This document shows, one piece after another, positions 28,961 through 38,753 of a DNA stretch of 64,000 nucleotides. Made by a program: the position numbers and the translations under genes. This DNA is from Alphaproteobacteria bacterium (GTDB taxonomy: Bacteria; Pseudomonadota; Alphaproteobacteria; UBA8366). Where the stretch lies: positions 6,494-70,493 of the forward strand of contig JBMYRC010000005.1 in NCBI GenBank assembly GCA_049601975.1, read 5' to 3'. Every line of letters starts with the position of its first letter. Within the stretch, counting starts at the first letter, position 1. The notes under the pieces were generated by a model. That model searched no databases. It was given only the letters and a program-made list of their open reading frames with translations, and was not told the DNA's origin.

Positions 28961-30088
28961 TCAACGGTGACCGGTATCGAGCTTACGCTCGAGCCAGAGG
29001 CTGTATCGCGACATGCTGAAACAGAAGACAAAATATATGATGGCTACAAAGATATAAGCTTCGTGCTCGAGCCCAAGCCATTTCGCATCGGTCACCGACG
29101 CCTTGGCGACGAGCAACAGATCGAAGAGCCCAATGATTGAAACGAGGGCCGTATCCTTAAAGAGGCCAATAAACGTATTGACGATCCCTGGGATAACGAT
29201 CTTCAGCGCCTGCGGCAAAATGATCAGTCGCATACTTTGCCAATAATTCAGTCCAAGTGCTTGTGCAGCCTCGTTCTGTCCTTTCGGTAAGGCCTGTAAC
29301 CCGCCGCGAACGACTTCCGCCATATAGGCGGATGAGAACATCGTGAACCCGATCAAGGCGCGCATCAGTTCGTTGAAGTTGACGCCTTCCGGTGCGAAGA
29401 GCGGCAACATGAAAGACGCCATAAACAAGACCGTGATCAACGGCACCGCCCGCCACAGCTCGATGAAGGCGATACAGATCGTCCTGATAATCGGCATTTC
29501 GGAGCGCCGCCCAAGCGCCAATAGAATACCCAAGGGCAAAGAGAACAAGATCGCGACGGATGCCAACACTAAGGTCAACGCTAATCCGCCCCATTTATCC
29601 GTCGGTACAATTGGCAATCCGAAGGCGCCGTACATCAGCACATAAGCAATGATCGGGAAGATGGCGACAATAAAGACCGCAGCATATGCTCTACCGGGGA
29701 CCCGGTCCGACAAGATTGGAAGCAAGTTCAGACAGAACAAGACAAAAGTCAGATTTACCCGCCAACGCTCTGCTTCCGGATAGAAACCGTAGATGAACTG
29801 TCCGAACCTATTGGGAATAATAGCCCAACATGCACCTTCGATTCCCTTGCAATCCAGATTACTATTTCCGGTCCAAACCGATGACAGGAATACCCAATCG
29901 ATCAACGGCGGTAGAACCGTATACAAAAGATAAAGACTCAATATGGTCAAAAAGGCGTTCAGTGGAGAAGAAAATAGATTCTCACGAAGCCATCCTATAA
30001 CACCCGCTGTTGAAAGCGGCGGCGGGGCTTGCGGAATGTGCTTCTCACGAACGAACACACGGTTAGGAAGGTTTGTTGTATCGCTCAT
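28961..30088 (-). CDS. aapM: amino-acid ABC transporter permease
   Basis: 375 aa polytopic. EAAQALGLNYWQSMRLIILPQALKIVIPG is the EAA loop of polar-amino-acid permeases. Confidence 0.8.
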   Translation of the reverse strand: MSDTTNLPNRVFVREKHIPQAPPPLSTAGVIGWLRENLFSSPLNAFLTILSLYLLYTVLPPLIDWVFLSSVWTGNSNLDCKGIEGACWAIIPNRFGQFIYGFYPEAERWRVNLTFVLFCLNLLPILSDRVPGRAYAAVFIVAIFPIIAYVLMYGAFGLPIVPTDKWGGLALTLVLASVAILFSLPLGILLALGRRSEMPIIRTICIAFIELWRAVPLITVLFMASFMLPLFAPEGVNFNELMRALIGFTMFSSAYMAEVVRGGLQALPKGQNEAAQALGLNYWQSMRLIILPQALKIVIPGIVNTFIGLFKDTALVSIIGLFDLLLVAKASVTDAKWLGLEHEAYIFVAIIYFVFCFSMSRYSLWLERKLDTGHR

Positions 30089-30092
30089 GGCA

Positions 30093-31292
30093 TCACCTCT
30101 CCACCAGCGAGATTTGTCTGTTATACCAGTTCATATATAGCGAGATCAGCAGGCTGAAGGTCAGATAGACCAACATACACATCGCGATAATCTCCAATGC
30201 CTGGCCGGTCTGATTGAGCGATATTCCGCCGAAGACGTTGAACAGGTCGGCGTAGCCAATGGCGATGCCAAGCGAAGAATTCTTGGTCAGATTGAGATAC
30301 TGACTGATCAGCGGCGGAACGATGACGCGCAGCGCCTGCGGAATGATTACAAGTCGCAAGGTCGGCCCTTGGCGTAAGCCCAAAGCATGCGCCGCCTCCG
30401 ATTGACCGTGAGCAATCGCCAAAATTCCAGACCGCACAATCTCGGCGATAAATGCCGAAGTGTAGATCGTCAACGCGGCTAAGGCAGAGAACAGTTCAAT
30501 CGGTATTTCCAACCCACCCGTGAACCGAAACCGACCCAGCGTCGCATATTCCCAAGCCAACGGGAAACCGAGAATCGCAGATACGAGAAGCGGAAAACCG
30601 ATGAGAATAGCAAGAGCCGTCCAAAGAACAGGAAACTGCTGGCCGGTCGCTTCTTGCCGTTTACGAGCCCAGCCTTTTATGTATCCGATCGCCGCAATCG
30701 CAATGAAGACAGAAGTCACTAAATACATAAAGCCGGATTCGGGTACCGGGTTCGGGCCTGTGAGGCCACGGTTGTGGATATAGAAGGTATCGAGAATTGG
30801 AAAGGACTCGCGCACCAGCGGCAAGGATTGGAACACCGCGAAATGCCAGAAGAGAAACTGCAGCAGCAGTGGTACGTTTCTAATCGTCTCGATATAAACC
30901 CCAACAAGCCGAGATATCAGCCAGTTCTTGGACAATCTCAATACGCCGAGAACGAATCCGATGATCGTTGCCAGAACAATCCCCATTATCGAAATCAGGA
31001 ATGTGTTGAGCAGGCCAACGACAAAAACCGCACCGTGTGTCGACCCGCCTTCGACCGAGTACGGAATCAAGGTCAACGGAATTTCAAAACCTGCAGGATT
31101 ATCAAGAAAGTCGAAGCCGGCCTTAATGCCACGCTTCTCGAGATTCTGCATCGTATTTAAAACGATGAAGACGATTACGCCGGCCAGCGCGAGAACGAAC
31201 GCCGCCTGAAAAATGAATGCTCGTACTTTGGGATCGTACCACCAGCGAATACCGCCGGTACCACTCCCGCCCGCTTTTACATCAACCGCCAT
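30093..31292 (-). CDS. aapQ: amino-acid ABC transporter permease
   Basis: 399 aa polytopic. EAAHALGLRQGPTLRLVIIPQALRVIVPP is the EAA loop. The position matches aapQ. Confidence 0.8.
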   Translation of the reverse strand: MAVDVKAGGSGTGGIRWWYDPKVRAFIFQAAFVLALAGVIVFIVLNTMQNLEKRGIKAGFDFLDNPAGFEIPLTLIPYSVEGGSTHGAVFVVGLLNTFLISIMGIVLATIIGFVLGVLRLSKNWLISRLVGVYIETIRNVPLLLQFLFWHFAVFQSLPLVRESFPILDTFYIHNRGLTGPNPVPESGFMYLVTSVFIAIAAIGYIKGWARKRQEATGQQFPVLWTALAILIGFPLLVSAILGFPLAWEYATLGRFRFTGGLEIPIELFSALAALTIYTSAFIAEIVRSGILAIAHGQSEAAHALGLRQGPTLRLVIIPQALRVIVPPLISQYLNLTKNSSLGIAIGYADLFNVFGGISLNQTGQALEIIAMCMLVYLTFSLLISLYMNWYNRQISLVER

Positions 31293-31421
31293 GCCGAGCC
31301 CCCACTCTTAATCAATTGCAGCGCGGAAGTTTTACTTTTCTTATTGGAACGCATCGCCCGACCTGCCGCAATGCGACGGGCCGGGCGTGTGTTCGTTAGC
31401 CGAATTAAATAAGCTTTCGGA

Positions 31422-32447
31422 TCAACGGAACGGAGCTGCGTAGATGATGCCGCCCTTAGTCCAAAGATTGTTCACGCCGCGATCGAGACCGATCGGCGTG
31501 TTCGGGCCGATATGACGATCATAGATCTCGCCATAATTACCGACCGCTTTAATGACCTGATAGGCCCAATCCTTGTTTAGGCCGAGGAAGCTACCGAAGT
31601 CGCCTTCTTCACCGAGGAGACGCTTGATCTCCGGATTGTCAGAGGATTTCATTTGATCGACATTGCCTTGCGTCACACCGAGTTCTTCCGCGACGACCAA
31701 CGCATTGCGAACCCAACGTGCGATATCACCCCAAGTGTTATCGCCGTGGCGCACGACCGGGCCGAGCGGCTCTTTTGAGATAATTTCCGGTAGGACCATA
31801 TGCGCATCTGGGTCTTTCAGAACCGAACGTTGTGCTGCAAGACCGGAGCGATCCGTCGTGTAAACGTCGCAACGATTTGCCGCATAGTTCTGACGGGCTT
31901 CCGCGGCGTCTTCGACAACGACGGATTTGAACTTCATCTTATTCGCACGGAAGTAATCCGCGAGATTGAGCTCGGTCGTCGTACCGGTCTGGATGCAGAC
32001 CGAAGCGTCGTTGAGTTCCTTGGCGCTCTTCACACCGAGGTCTTTGCGAGCGATAAAGCCCTGACCATCGTAATATGTGACACCGACGAATTCGAAGCCG
32101 AGATTCACATCACGTTTGAATGTCCACGTCGTATTGCGGGACAGAATATCGATCTCGCCAGATTGCAATGCCGGGAACCGGGTCTTACCGGTCAACGGCT
32201 TATAAGTGACCTTATCAGGATCGGCAAAAACCGCTGCACTCATTGCACGGCAATAGTCGACGTCAAAACCTTTGAAGACACCCTTATCATCAGGCGCTGC
32301 GAAGCCGGCAAGACCTGTATTAACACCGCAGACCAGCTGCCCCCGTTTTTTAACACTATCTAATGTCGGGCTAGCCGCAGCGGCAGAACCCGCCGAGACC
32401 GCAACCGCCGCAACCGCGCCAAGCGCGGAAAGCACGAAACGATTCAT
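31422..32447 (-). CDS. aapJ: general L-amino-acid ABC transporter periplasmic substrate-binding protein
   Basis: ATG 32447 with a GGGAG SD upstream. Signal peptide MNRFVLSALGAVAAVAVSAGSAAA, then TLDSVKKRGQLVCGVNTGLAGFA.., typical of AapJ/BztA-type binding proteins. Confidence 0.85.
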   Translation of the reverse strand: MNRFVLSALGAVAAVAVSAGSAAAASPTLDSVKKRGQLVCGVNTGLAGFAAPDDKGVFKGFDVDYCRAMSAAVFADPDKVTYKPLTGKTRFPALQSGEIDILSRNTTWTFKRDVNLGFEFVGVTYYDGQGFIARKDLGVKSAKELNDASVCIQTGTTTELNLADYFRANKMKFKSVVVEDAAEARQNYAANRCDVYTTDRSGLAAQRSVLKDPDAHMVLPEIISKEPLGPVVRHGDNTWGDIARWVRNALVVAEELGVTQGNVDQMKSSDNPEIKRLLGEEGDFGSFLGLNKDWAYQVIKAVGNYGEIYDRHIGPNTPIGLDRGVNNLWTKGGIIYAAPFR

Positions 32448-32639
32448 TATTTGAACTCCCTGTTTAATTTTCCCGTTCCTACGAACGATGAACACCGAAA
32501 GATAATTCTATCGGTATCGCAAGTTTCCGAAAAAAAATTACACGGTGATTTCATCCGTCACAAGGCTGTCGCGCCACCAGGACTGCGCAATTACGGTTAA
32601 TGGCATTCTACGTATCAATGAGTTAGTGTTAGACCCAAC

Positions 32640-33791
32640 ATGCAACTAAATGCGGCAAAGAGGCAAAATAGAATGAATGACTCTGGACCGAAAACTTGGT
32701 CGGATGCTACGTGGGATGTGATTGACCCGAGCATCGTCGGCATGGATTCCGAAGCCCTTGGGGCAACCGTCGAGTTTCACCGCGACGAGGAAGCCGACGC
32801 GGACCGCAGTTTATCCAAAGGTCTTCTGTCCGTGGCGGGTAACGCTGAGCCCGAACAATGGGCAGTCCTCCTGGGCCCGACAAAACCACGCGGCGATCCT
32901 AACGGTTTGGTGCTACGTCACGGGAAGCTCGCCGCATCTTGGGGTGATACGGAACGCGTCGACATGACCTTCAGCGCAACGAAAAGTTATCTCGCCGTCC
33001 TTACTGGGTTCGCCGTAGAGAAAGGGTTGATTAAGAACATCGATGAACCGATGCGAAATTACGCCCTCGATGATGGGTTCGAGTCGACGCAGAACCGCGA
33101 CATCACCTGGCGTCATCTCCTGCAGCAAGCCAGCGAATGGGAAGGCACGTTGTGGGACAAACCCGACCTGGTCGACCGAAACAGAGTCGTCGGTGCCGGT
33201 GCGGACAATTCGAAGAAAGGCACGCACCGTGATCTGCAAAAACCCGGTACGTTTTACGAATACAACGACGTACGGGTGAACCGGCTGGCCTTATCCTTGA
33301 TGCAGGTCTTCCGTCGGCCGCTGCCTGAAGTGCTGAAGGAATCCATCATGGATCCCATTGGTGCCAGCGATACCTGGGAATGGCACGGTTACGAGAATTC
33401 ATGGGTGAAAATCGACGGCAAGCAAATGCAATCGGTCCCAGGTGGCGCGCATTGGGGCGGCGGATTATGGATTTCCAGCCGCGATCACGCACGGTTCGGA
33501 TCGCTCATTCTCAATCATGGGCGATGGGGCAGTCAGCGGATCATGGGCGAAGGTTGGGTCGACGCTCTGTGCGAGCCGTCTCCGTGCAATCCCAATTACG
33601 GTTTCATGTGGTGGCTCAATACCGGGCGCACTCTCTTTCCAAGTGCTCCGGCATCCAGTTTCTTCGCTCTTGGTGCGGGTCAGAACATCGTCTGGCTCGA
33701 CCGCGAACTTGATCTCGTCGCCGTTTTCCGTTGGATCAAACAAAAAAGCACGGACGGCCTGATCGGCAAGGTCATGGAAGCTATAAAATAG
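32640..33791 (+). CDS. serine hydrolase (beta-lactamase/transpeptidase-like family)
   Basis: 383 aa. FSATKSYLAVLTGFAVEKG contains the SxxK motif. Start is uncertain (32640 or ATG 32673). Confidence 0.7.
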   Translation: MQLNAAKRQNRMNDSGPKTWSDATWDVIDPSIVGMDSEALGATVEFHRDEEADADRSLSKGLLSVAGNAEPEQWAVLLGPTKPRGDPNGLVLRHGKLAASWGDTERVDMTFSATKSYLAVLTGFAVEKGLIKNIDEPMRNYALDDGFESTQNRDITWRHLLQQASEWEGTLWDKPDLVDRNRVVGAGADNSKKGTHRDLQKPGTFYEYNDVRVNRLALSLMQVFRRPLPEVLKESIMDPIGASDTWEWHGYENSWVKIDGKQMQSVPGGAHWGGGLWISSRDHARFGSLILNHGRWGSQRIMGEGWVDALCEPSPCNPNYGFMWWLNTGRTLFPSAPASSFFALGAGQNIVWLDRELDLVAVFRWIKQKSTDGLIGKVMEAIK

Positions 33792-33919
33792 TCGCCGTCC
33801 ACCTGAACACATAGCATTGCCAAGTCGCCCTTTCAGAGGATTTAATGACAGCGTCTCGTTCGTACGCGGCATCGAATTTGCGCTTGAAACCACAAAATTG
33901 ATCAAGGCGATATACGAAA

Positions 33920-35203
33920 ATGCTTGGTTGGGTTTTAGGGAAGCGGCGACGCAAGAAGCGTAAGAAAAAGCCGAAAGGGAAACGGCCAAGTTACGATCAG
34001 GCAAAGATCATCCTTGAGAATGGCGATGTCGCGGATCGGCGCGACCTCGCTATGCATGAAGATATCGAGCCGGAAATTCTATATTTCCTCGCCAATGACA
34101 AAGATCCCCTAGTTCGCCGCGAAATTGCCGATAATGACGGAACGCCCCTGCAAGCCGATATTATCCTGGCAAAGGATCCGGACGAAGAAGTCCGCAAGGA
34201 GGTCGCCCACAAACTTGGGCGTCTATTGCCGGACATTTCAGCCGATCAACAAGACAAGCTATCGAAGATGGCGCTCGATATTCTCGACACTTTGGCGCGC
34301 GATCAGATGCGAGACGTCCGCGCCATCGTCTCCGATGAAATCAAACACGCTCGAAATGTTCCGAAGAACGTTGTGCGCCGTTTGGCGGAAGATGCGGAAT
34401 CCGTCGTCTCGGCCCCTGTTCTCGAATACTCACCGCTATTGAGCGATAAGGATTTGCTTGAAATCGTGGCATTGGGAATAGAGAGCGGCGCGATGACATC
34501 GATCGCCAAGCGCAAGGAGCTCCCGCAAGAAGTGGCCGACGCCATCATCGTAAGCGGTGACGATAACGCCATACCCGAGCTGTTGGAAAATAAGAGCGCT
34601 AAGATCAGCGAGAAAACCATCGACATGATTGCAATCGAAGCGGAGGGTCATGAGGAATGGCATCCACCCCTTGTCAACCGCGATAACCTGCCAGTCAGAA
34701 CCGTGCGCCGGATTGCAAGTTTCGTGAGTGCCGCGTTGTTCGAGCGCCTGATCGAAAACAACGATGTCGAAGAAAAGGCGGTTGACGAAATGCGAATGGA
34801 GGTTCGCAAACGCATCGATTCCAACGAACTTCTGGACACGGAAACCGACACCGCGAGAGAAAAAGCGACGGAACGCGCGGAGAAACTGTTCAAACAAGGG
34901 AAACTTACGGAAGACGTCGTCAAGAAAGCCATCGACGTCAACGACAGCCACTTCACCCGTTACGCAATATCCCATATGTCCGGTCTGCCGTCCGAAGTCG
35001 TGACGAAAATGCTCGGCTCCGGTAGTGGCAAGGCCGTGACTTCCCTTTGTTGGAAAGCCGGCATGACGATGCGCATGGCGGTCCAGCTACAAAGAAAAGT
35101 CGCGAAGGTACCCCCTAAGTCACTCCTCCGGTCACGGGGCGGAAATGAATACCCGCTTACGGTCGACGATATGGAATGGCAAATCGAATTCTACGAACAC
35201 TAA
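33920..35203 (+). CDS. DUF2336-like HEAT/ARM-repeat protein with polybasic N-terminus
   Basis: 427 aa. N-terminal KRRRKKRKKKPKGKRP. Repeated ..DPDEEVRKEVAHKL.. / ..DKDPLVRREIADN.. helical repeats resemble the alphaproteobacterial DUF2336 family, by recollection. Confidence 0.5.
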   Translation: MLGWVLGKRRRKKRKKKPKGKRPSYDQAKIILENGDVADRRDLAMHEDIEPEILYFLANDKDPLVRREIADNDGTPLQADIILAKDPDEEVRKEVAHKLGRLLPDISADQQDKLSKMALDILDTLARDQMRDVRAIVSDEIKHARNVPKNVVRRLAEDAESVVSAPVLEYSPLLSDKDLLEIVALGIESGAMTSIAKRKELPQEVADAIIVSGDDNAIPELLENKSAKISEKTIDMIAIEAEGHEEWHPPLVNRDNLPVRTVRRIASFVSAALFERLIENNDVEEKAVDEMRMEVRKRIDSNELLDTETDTAREKATERAEKLFKQGKLTEDVVKKAIDVNDSHFTRYAISHMSGLPSEVVTKMLGSGSGKAVTSLCWKAGMTMRMAVQLQRKVAKVPPKSLLRSRGGNEYPLTVDDMEWQIEFYEH

Positions 35204-35225
35204 CAAGCAAGGCCGAGCTTCCGTC

Positions 35226-35927
35226 TTAGAAATTCTCCACCCACGGCCGCAATTCCACTTCCCATGTCCAAGAGCTGCGGTGTTGTCGGTGGATATGCAT
35301 ATAGGTCTCCGCAATCGCATCCGGCTCCAACGTGCCGTCTTCTCCAAGCTTCGCGGCCCTTTCGTCGCCTGGGCCCGCGTTAATACCACCATCGATCACG
35401 AAATGCGCGACATGCACGTTCTGCGGTGCCAATTCTCGAGCCATGCTTTGACTGAGACCACGAAGCCCAAATTTACCCATCGCGAAAGCTGATGAGTTGG
35501 GATAACCCTTCACACTAGCCGATGCGCCAGTGAATAAAATTGTACCGCTACCGCGCTCGCGCATCTGCTTCGCGGCGTGATGGCCGACGAGGAAGCCAGC
35601 ATAACAGGTCACAGTGATCGCCTTTTGCACGGCAATTGGATCAATTTCATGCACACCGCCTCGTACACGGGCACTGGCATTGAAAACAACCAAATTGGGC
35701 TCCCCTATATCTCCATTGACATCCTGGAACAGTTTTTCCACTTCCGCCGGATCGCTCGCGTCGCAAGCATACGTTTTCGCATTCGTCTCCGCCGCGAGTG
35801 CCCTCAACTTTTCCACGTTTCGTGCCGCCAAGGCGACGCTCATGCCTTCCTTATGGCAAAGCCGCGCCATCGAAGCACTCAACCCGCTCCCCACTCCCAC
35901 AATCAGCACCTTCTCACCACTAGTCAT
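35226..35927 (-). CDS. SDR-family oxidoreductase
   Basis: 233 aa. KVLIVGVGSGLSASMARL glycine-rich motif; YPNSSAFAMGKFGLRGL contains YxxxK-like catalytic residues. Confidence 0.8.
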   Translation of the reverse strand: MTSGEKVLIVGVGSGLSASMARLCHKEGMSVALAARNVEKLRALAAETNAKTYACDASDPAEVEKLFQDVNGDIGEPNLVVFNASARVRGGVHEIDPIAVQKAITVTCYAGFLVGHHAAKQMRERGSGTILFTGASASVKGYPNSSAFAMGKFGLRGLSQSMARELAPQNVHVAHFVIDGGINAGPGDERAAKLGEDGTLEPDAIAETYMHIHRQHRSSWTWEVELRPWVENF

Positions 35928-36052
35928 TTACCGCCTCCCGAAAACTTTCCATTTCAACACATGTTACAATGAGCGTACGGAAGCGACGGTCGCGGACAAG
36001 TGAAAAATCGTTACCGCGTATCGATGGCTTGATCGGCCCATCATCAGTTAGG

Positions 36053-36725
36053 ATGAATTCGTTACACAAACTTGGCGGAATGCCGTTCTCATTTTACTGA
36101 TATCATGTGCCATGCACTCCGCGTCGGCACAGAGCAGTCTGGTCACCGAATGCGCACAACGCAAAGATCACCGCGCCATCGAAATATGTCGGCTCGCAGC
36201 CGAACAGAATGCGGATGATCCAAAAGTCTCGAAGTTACTCGCCAAAACGCTCATCAGGCACGGAGCCTTCGCCGAGGCGAGCGAAGTGCAGGGCACGATC
36301 GTCCAGCTACGCCCGGACGATTGGGCCGCGCAATACGACTATGCCGGAACGCTTGGTTTCGTGCGCCGATCAAGCGCGCGACAGCGCCGCGTCCGGATCA
36401 CATACCCTCATATCAATCGGCCACCCTCATCTTCACGATGATGGGACAGCATGCGGAAGCTGTGTCGCAAACCCGCAAAGCGGCGGGACTCGGCAGCTCC
36501 GTCGCGATGTTTGATATGGTCCGCTATTATGCGGAAGGGCTCGGCGTCGAGAAATCCGATGCCGAAGCCTTCAGCTGGACGAAACAAGCTGCGGAAAACG
36601 GGCATCTATTGGCGATGAGAGAGATGATCAAGATTTTTCTTGAAGGCCGCTACGGCCAAGCACCCAACGACACCAAGGCCGTGGATTGGGCGACCCGCCA
36701 ACGCGCAGCCAAGGGAAACCGTTAA
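36053..36725 (+). pseudogene. secreted TPR/Sel1-repeat protein, apparently frameshifted at least twice
   Basis: ATG 36053 reads MNSLHKLGG.. and stops after 15 codons. The signal-peptide-like ..AVLILLISCAMHSASAQS.. continues in another frame (ORF 36112..36441). The Sel1 repeat part (..VAMFDMVRYYAEGLGVEKSDAEAFSWTKQAAENGHLLAM..) is in a third frame (36321..36725). Confidence 0.5.
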
Positions 36726-36728
36726 AAG

Positions 36729-37628
36729 TTAGTTCTTCATCCCCGTGTATACGAGTTCGAGAAACTTCTTCGGCTTAAGAAATCCATTACCCCAATCAGC
36801 ATCGAATTCCGCCGTCGGGCTGGCCGCATAAAGATATTCCAATTTCTTACCGCCAGCGACGGCAGCGGCGATACGCTTGCCGATACTATCGAGCATATTT
36901 CGATAAGCGATCAATTCAGCTTTATTCGAAAGCGGGCCATGCCCCGGTATGATTTTCGTCTTCGGGCCCGCCATCGCAATCACTTTGTCGGCAATTTTAA
37001 TCACACCGTCGATCGAACCGCCGTGCTGGAAATCAATGAACGGATAGCGCCCATTAAAGTATGTATCGCCCATATGGATGACATTTGCACCGACAAAATG
37101 AACCACGGAGTCGCCATTCGTATGCGCGGCCGGAGCATGAAAAATCTGAATGGTCTCGCCATTTAAATGAAAGGTGACACCATCTGAGAATGTTACGATG
37201 GGTAACGCCACCTCTGGTGCTGCTGGAATTTTTTTCCCGAAAGCTTTCAGAAATTGATCGGCGCTCATTAGTTTGCGCACATTGTCGTGGGCAACAATGG
37301 CCACACCGGCCTTACCAAGATTCTCGTTTCCGCCCGTGTGATCGAAATGCCAATGCGTATTAAGGACAAAGCGGATCGGCTCTTCGGAAATTTTCCCGAT
37401 GGCCGCTAATATTTTTGGCGTTAGCGGCGCAAATTGATCGTCGATCATGAAAACACCGTCCGGTCCCGCCGACAGACCAATATTCCCACCTTGTCCGACC
37501 AGCATATGAATGCCTTCACCAAGATCTGTAGCAGTTATCTGCACTTCCTTCTTCTCTTGAGCAGATAGTGAAGCAGCACCCATCATACTTACCGCGACAA
37601 TGGCGCTTCCCATCAAAAAATTGCGCAT
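36729..37628 (-). CDS. secreted MBL-fold metallo-hydrolase
   Basis: ATG 37628 with an AAGGGA SD upstream. Signal peptide MRNFLMGSAIVAVSMMGAASLSAQ. HTHWHFDHTGGN is the HxHxDH motif. Confidence 0.85.
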   Translation of the reverse strand: MRNFLMGSAIVAVSMMGAASLSAQEKKEVQITATDLGEGIHMLVGQGGNIGLSAGPDGVFMIDDQFAPLTPKILAAIGKISEEPIRFVLNTHWHFDHTGGNENLGKAGVAIVAHDNVRKLMSADQFLKAFGKKIPAAPEVALPIVTFSDGVTFHLNGETIQIFHAPAAHTNGDSVVHFVGANVIHMGDTYFNGRYPFIDFQHGGSIDGVIKIADKVIAMAGPKTKIIPGHGPLSNKAELIAYRNMLDSIGKRIAAAVAGGKKLEYLYAASPTAEFDADWGNGFLKPKKFLELVYTGMKN

Positions 37629-37718
37629 GACTAAATCCCTTTGCCCTGACATCTGGTGGAGACGTTTCGGTAATTTATGCCTCAAGGCGACTTCATAAAT
37701 CTACTCAAGACTCCGTGA

Positions 37719-38717
37719 TCACAAAATCTCGTTGACCGCGCCAGTCGGGTGATCCCCTCTCAACGCTTCCAGAATACTCGTGGCCGCTTCTGCTTCGATG
37801 GCTTTTCGGACATCCGTAACGGCAGAGCCGATATGCGGCGTGAAGAGCGTTTTCTCAGGTTGCGCCAGCAATGTCTGCGGAATTTCCTGTGGCCGGTCTG
37901 GACGAGCCCAATCTTCAAACTCGAAAACATCTGCCGCATATCCCGCAAGCTGACCGTCGGCTAATGCGTCGGACACAGCCATCTCGTCAACGACGGAACC
38001 GCGCCCCGGATTCACCAAAATAGCCCCCGGCTTCATCATGTCGATAGCGACTCCATCAATCATATGCAGCGTCTCTGCAGTCAACGGCATGGCCAGGATG
38101 ATAAAGTCAGCGCGGCAAATCAGCTCCTCAAATCCGGCACGTTTGAGATGCAATGAGGCGCCGGTCACCGGATCGAGCGCTTGGTCGTCCGCATAGAGAA
38201 CCGTGGCGTCGAATCCTTGCAGCCGCTGAGCGATAGCCTGCCCGACTCGGCCCATTCCAACGATGCCGACTGTCCGCCCGGCAAGCCCCATCCCATAGAG
38301 CGTCGGCCGCCATGCGGCAAAGCGCCCGGCGCGAATATCTCGGTCGCCAATCATCACGTGTCGGGCAATTCCAATCAATAAACCGATCGCAAGCTCAGCA
38401 GTTGGCACGGTCAACAAATCATCCACGATTGTGACCCACACGCCTCGTCCGGTGCAGGCCTCGACGTCGAAATTGTCATAGCCTTTCAACGCACAGGCAA
38501 CGATCTTCAATTTTGGGCATTGCGCGAGAAAATCATCGTCGATTGAGTCCGGCATAAACACCATCATGGCGTCAGCGTCACGACACCGTTTTATGATTTC
38601 ATCCTCAGACAGCGAGGATTCGCCATCATTGGTGATGACATCAGTCCAATCCTCGAGCATCGCGACGGTTTCCGGAAAAACCCGATGGGTCAGGACAGTC
38701 TTTGGTCGATCAGCCAT
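37719..38717 (-). CDS. ptxD: phosphonate (phosphite) dehydrogenase PtxD-like D-2-hydroxyacid dehydrogenase
   Basis: 332 aa, colinear with my recollection of Pseudomonas stutzeri PtxD. Shared blocks: ..LTHRV.., RCRDA.AMM.FMPD, CALKG.DNFDV.ACT.RGVW, DLLTVPTAELAIGL, GMG.(V/I)G, NP.RGSVVDE, GYAADVFE.EDWAR.DRP and LFTPHIGSA. The Arg/Glu/His catalytic triad positions are conserved. Confidence 0.6.
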   Translation of the reverse strand: MADRPKTVLTHRVFPETVAMLEDWTDVITNDGESSLSEDEIIKRCRDADAMMVFMPDSIDDDFLAQCPKLKIVACALKGYDNFDVEACTGRGVWVTIVDDLLTVPTAELAIGLLIGIARHVMIGDRDIRAGRFAAWRPTLYGMGLAGRTVGIVGMGRVGQAIAQRLQGFDATVLYADDQALDPVTGASLHLKRAGFEELICRADFIILAMPLTAETLHMIDGVAIDMMKPGAILVNPGRGSVVDEMAVSDALADGQLAGYAADVFEFEDWARPDRPQEIPQTLLAQPEKTLFTPHIGSAVTDVRKAIEAEAATSILEALRGDHPTGAVNEIL

Positions 38718-38753
38718 GGCGCTCTCCTACAACAGATATCCAGCGACAGCCTA

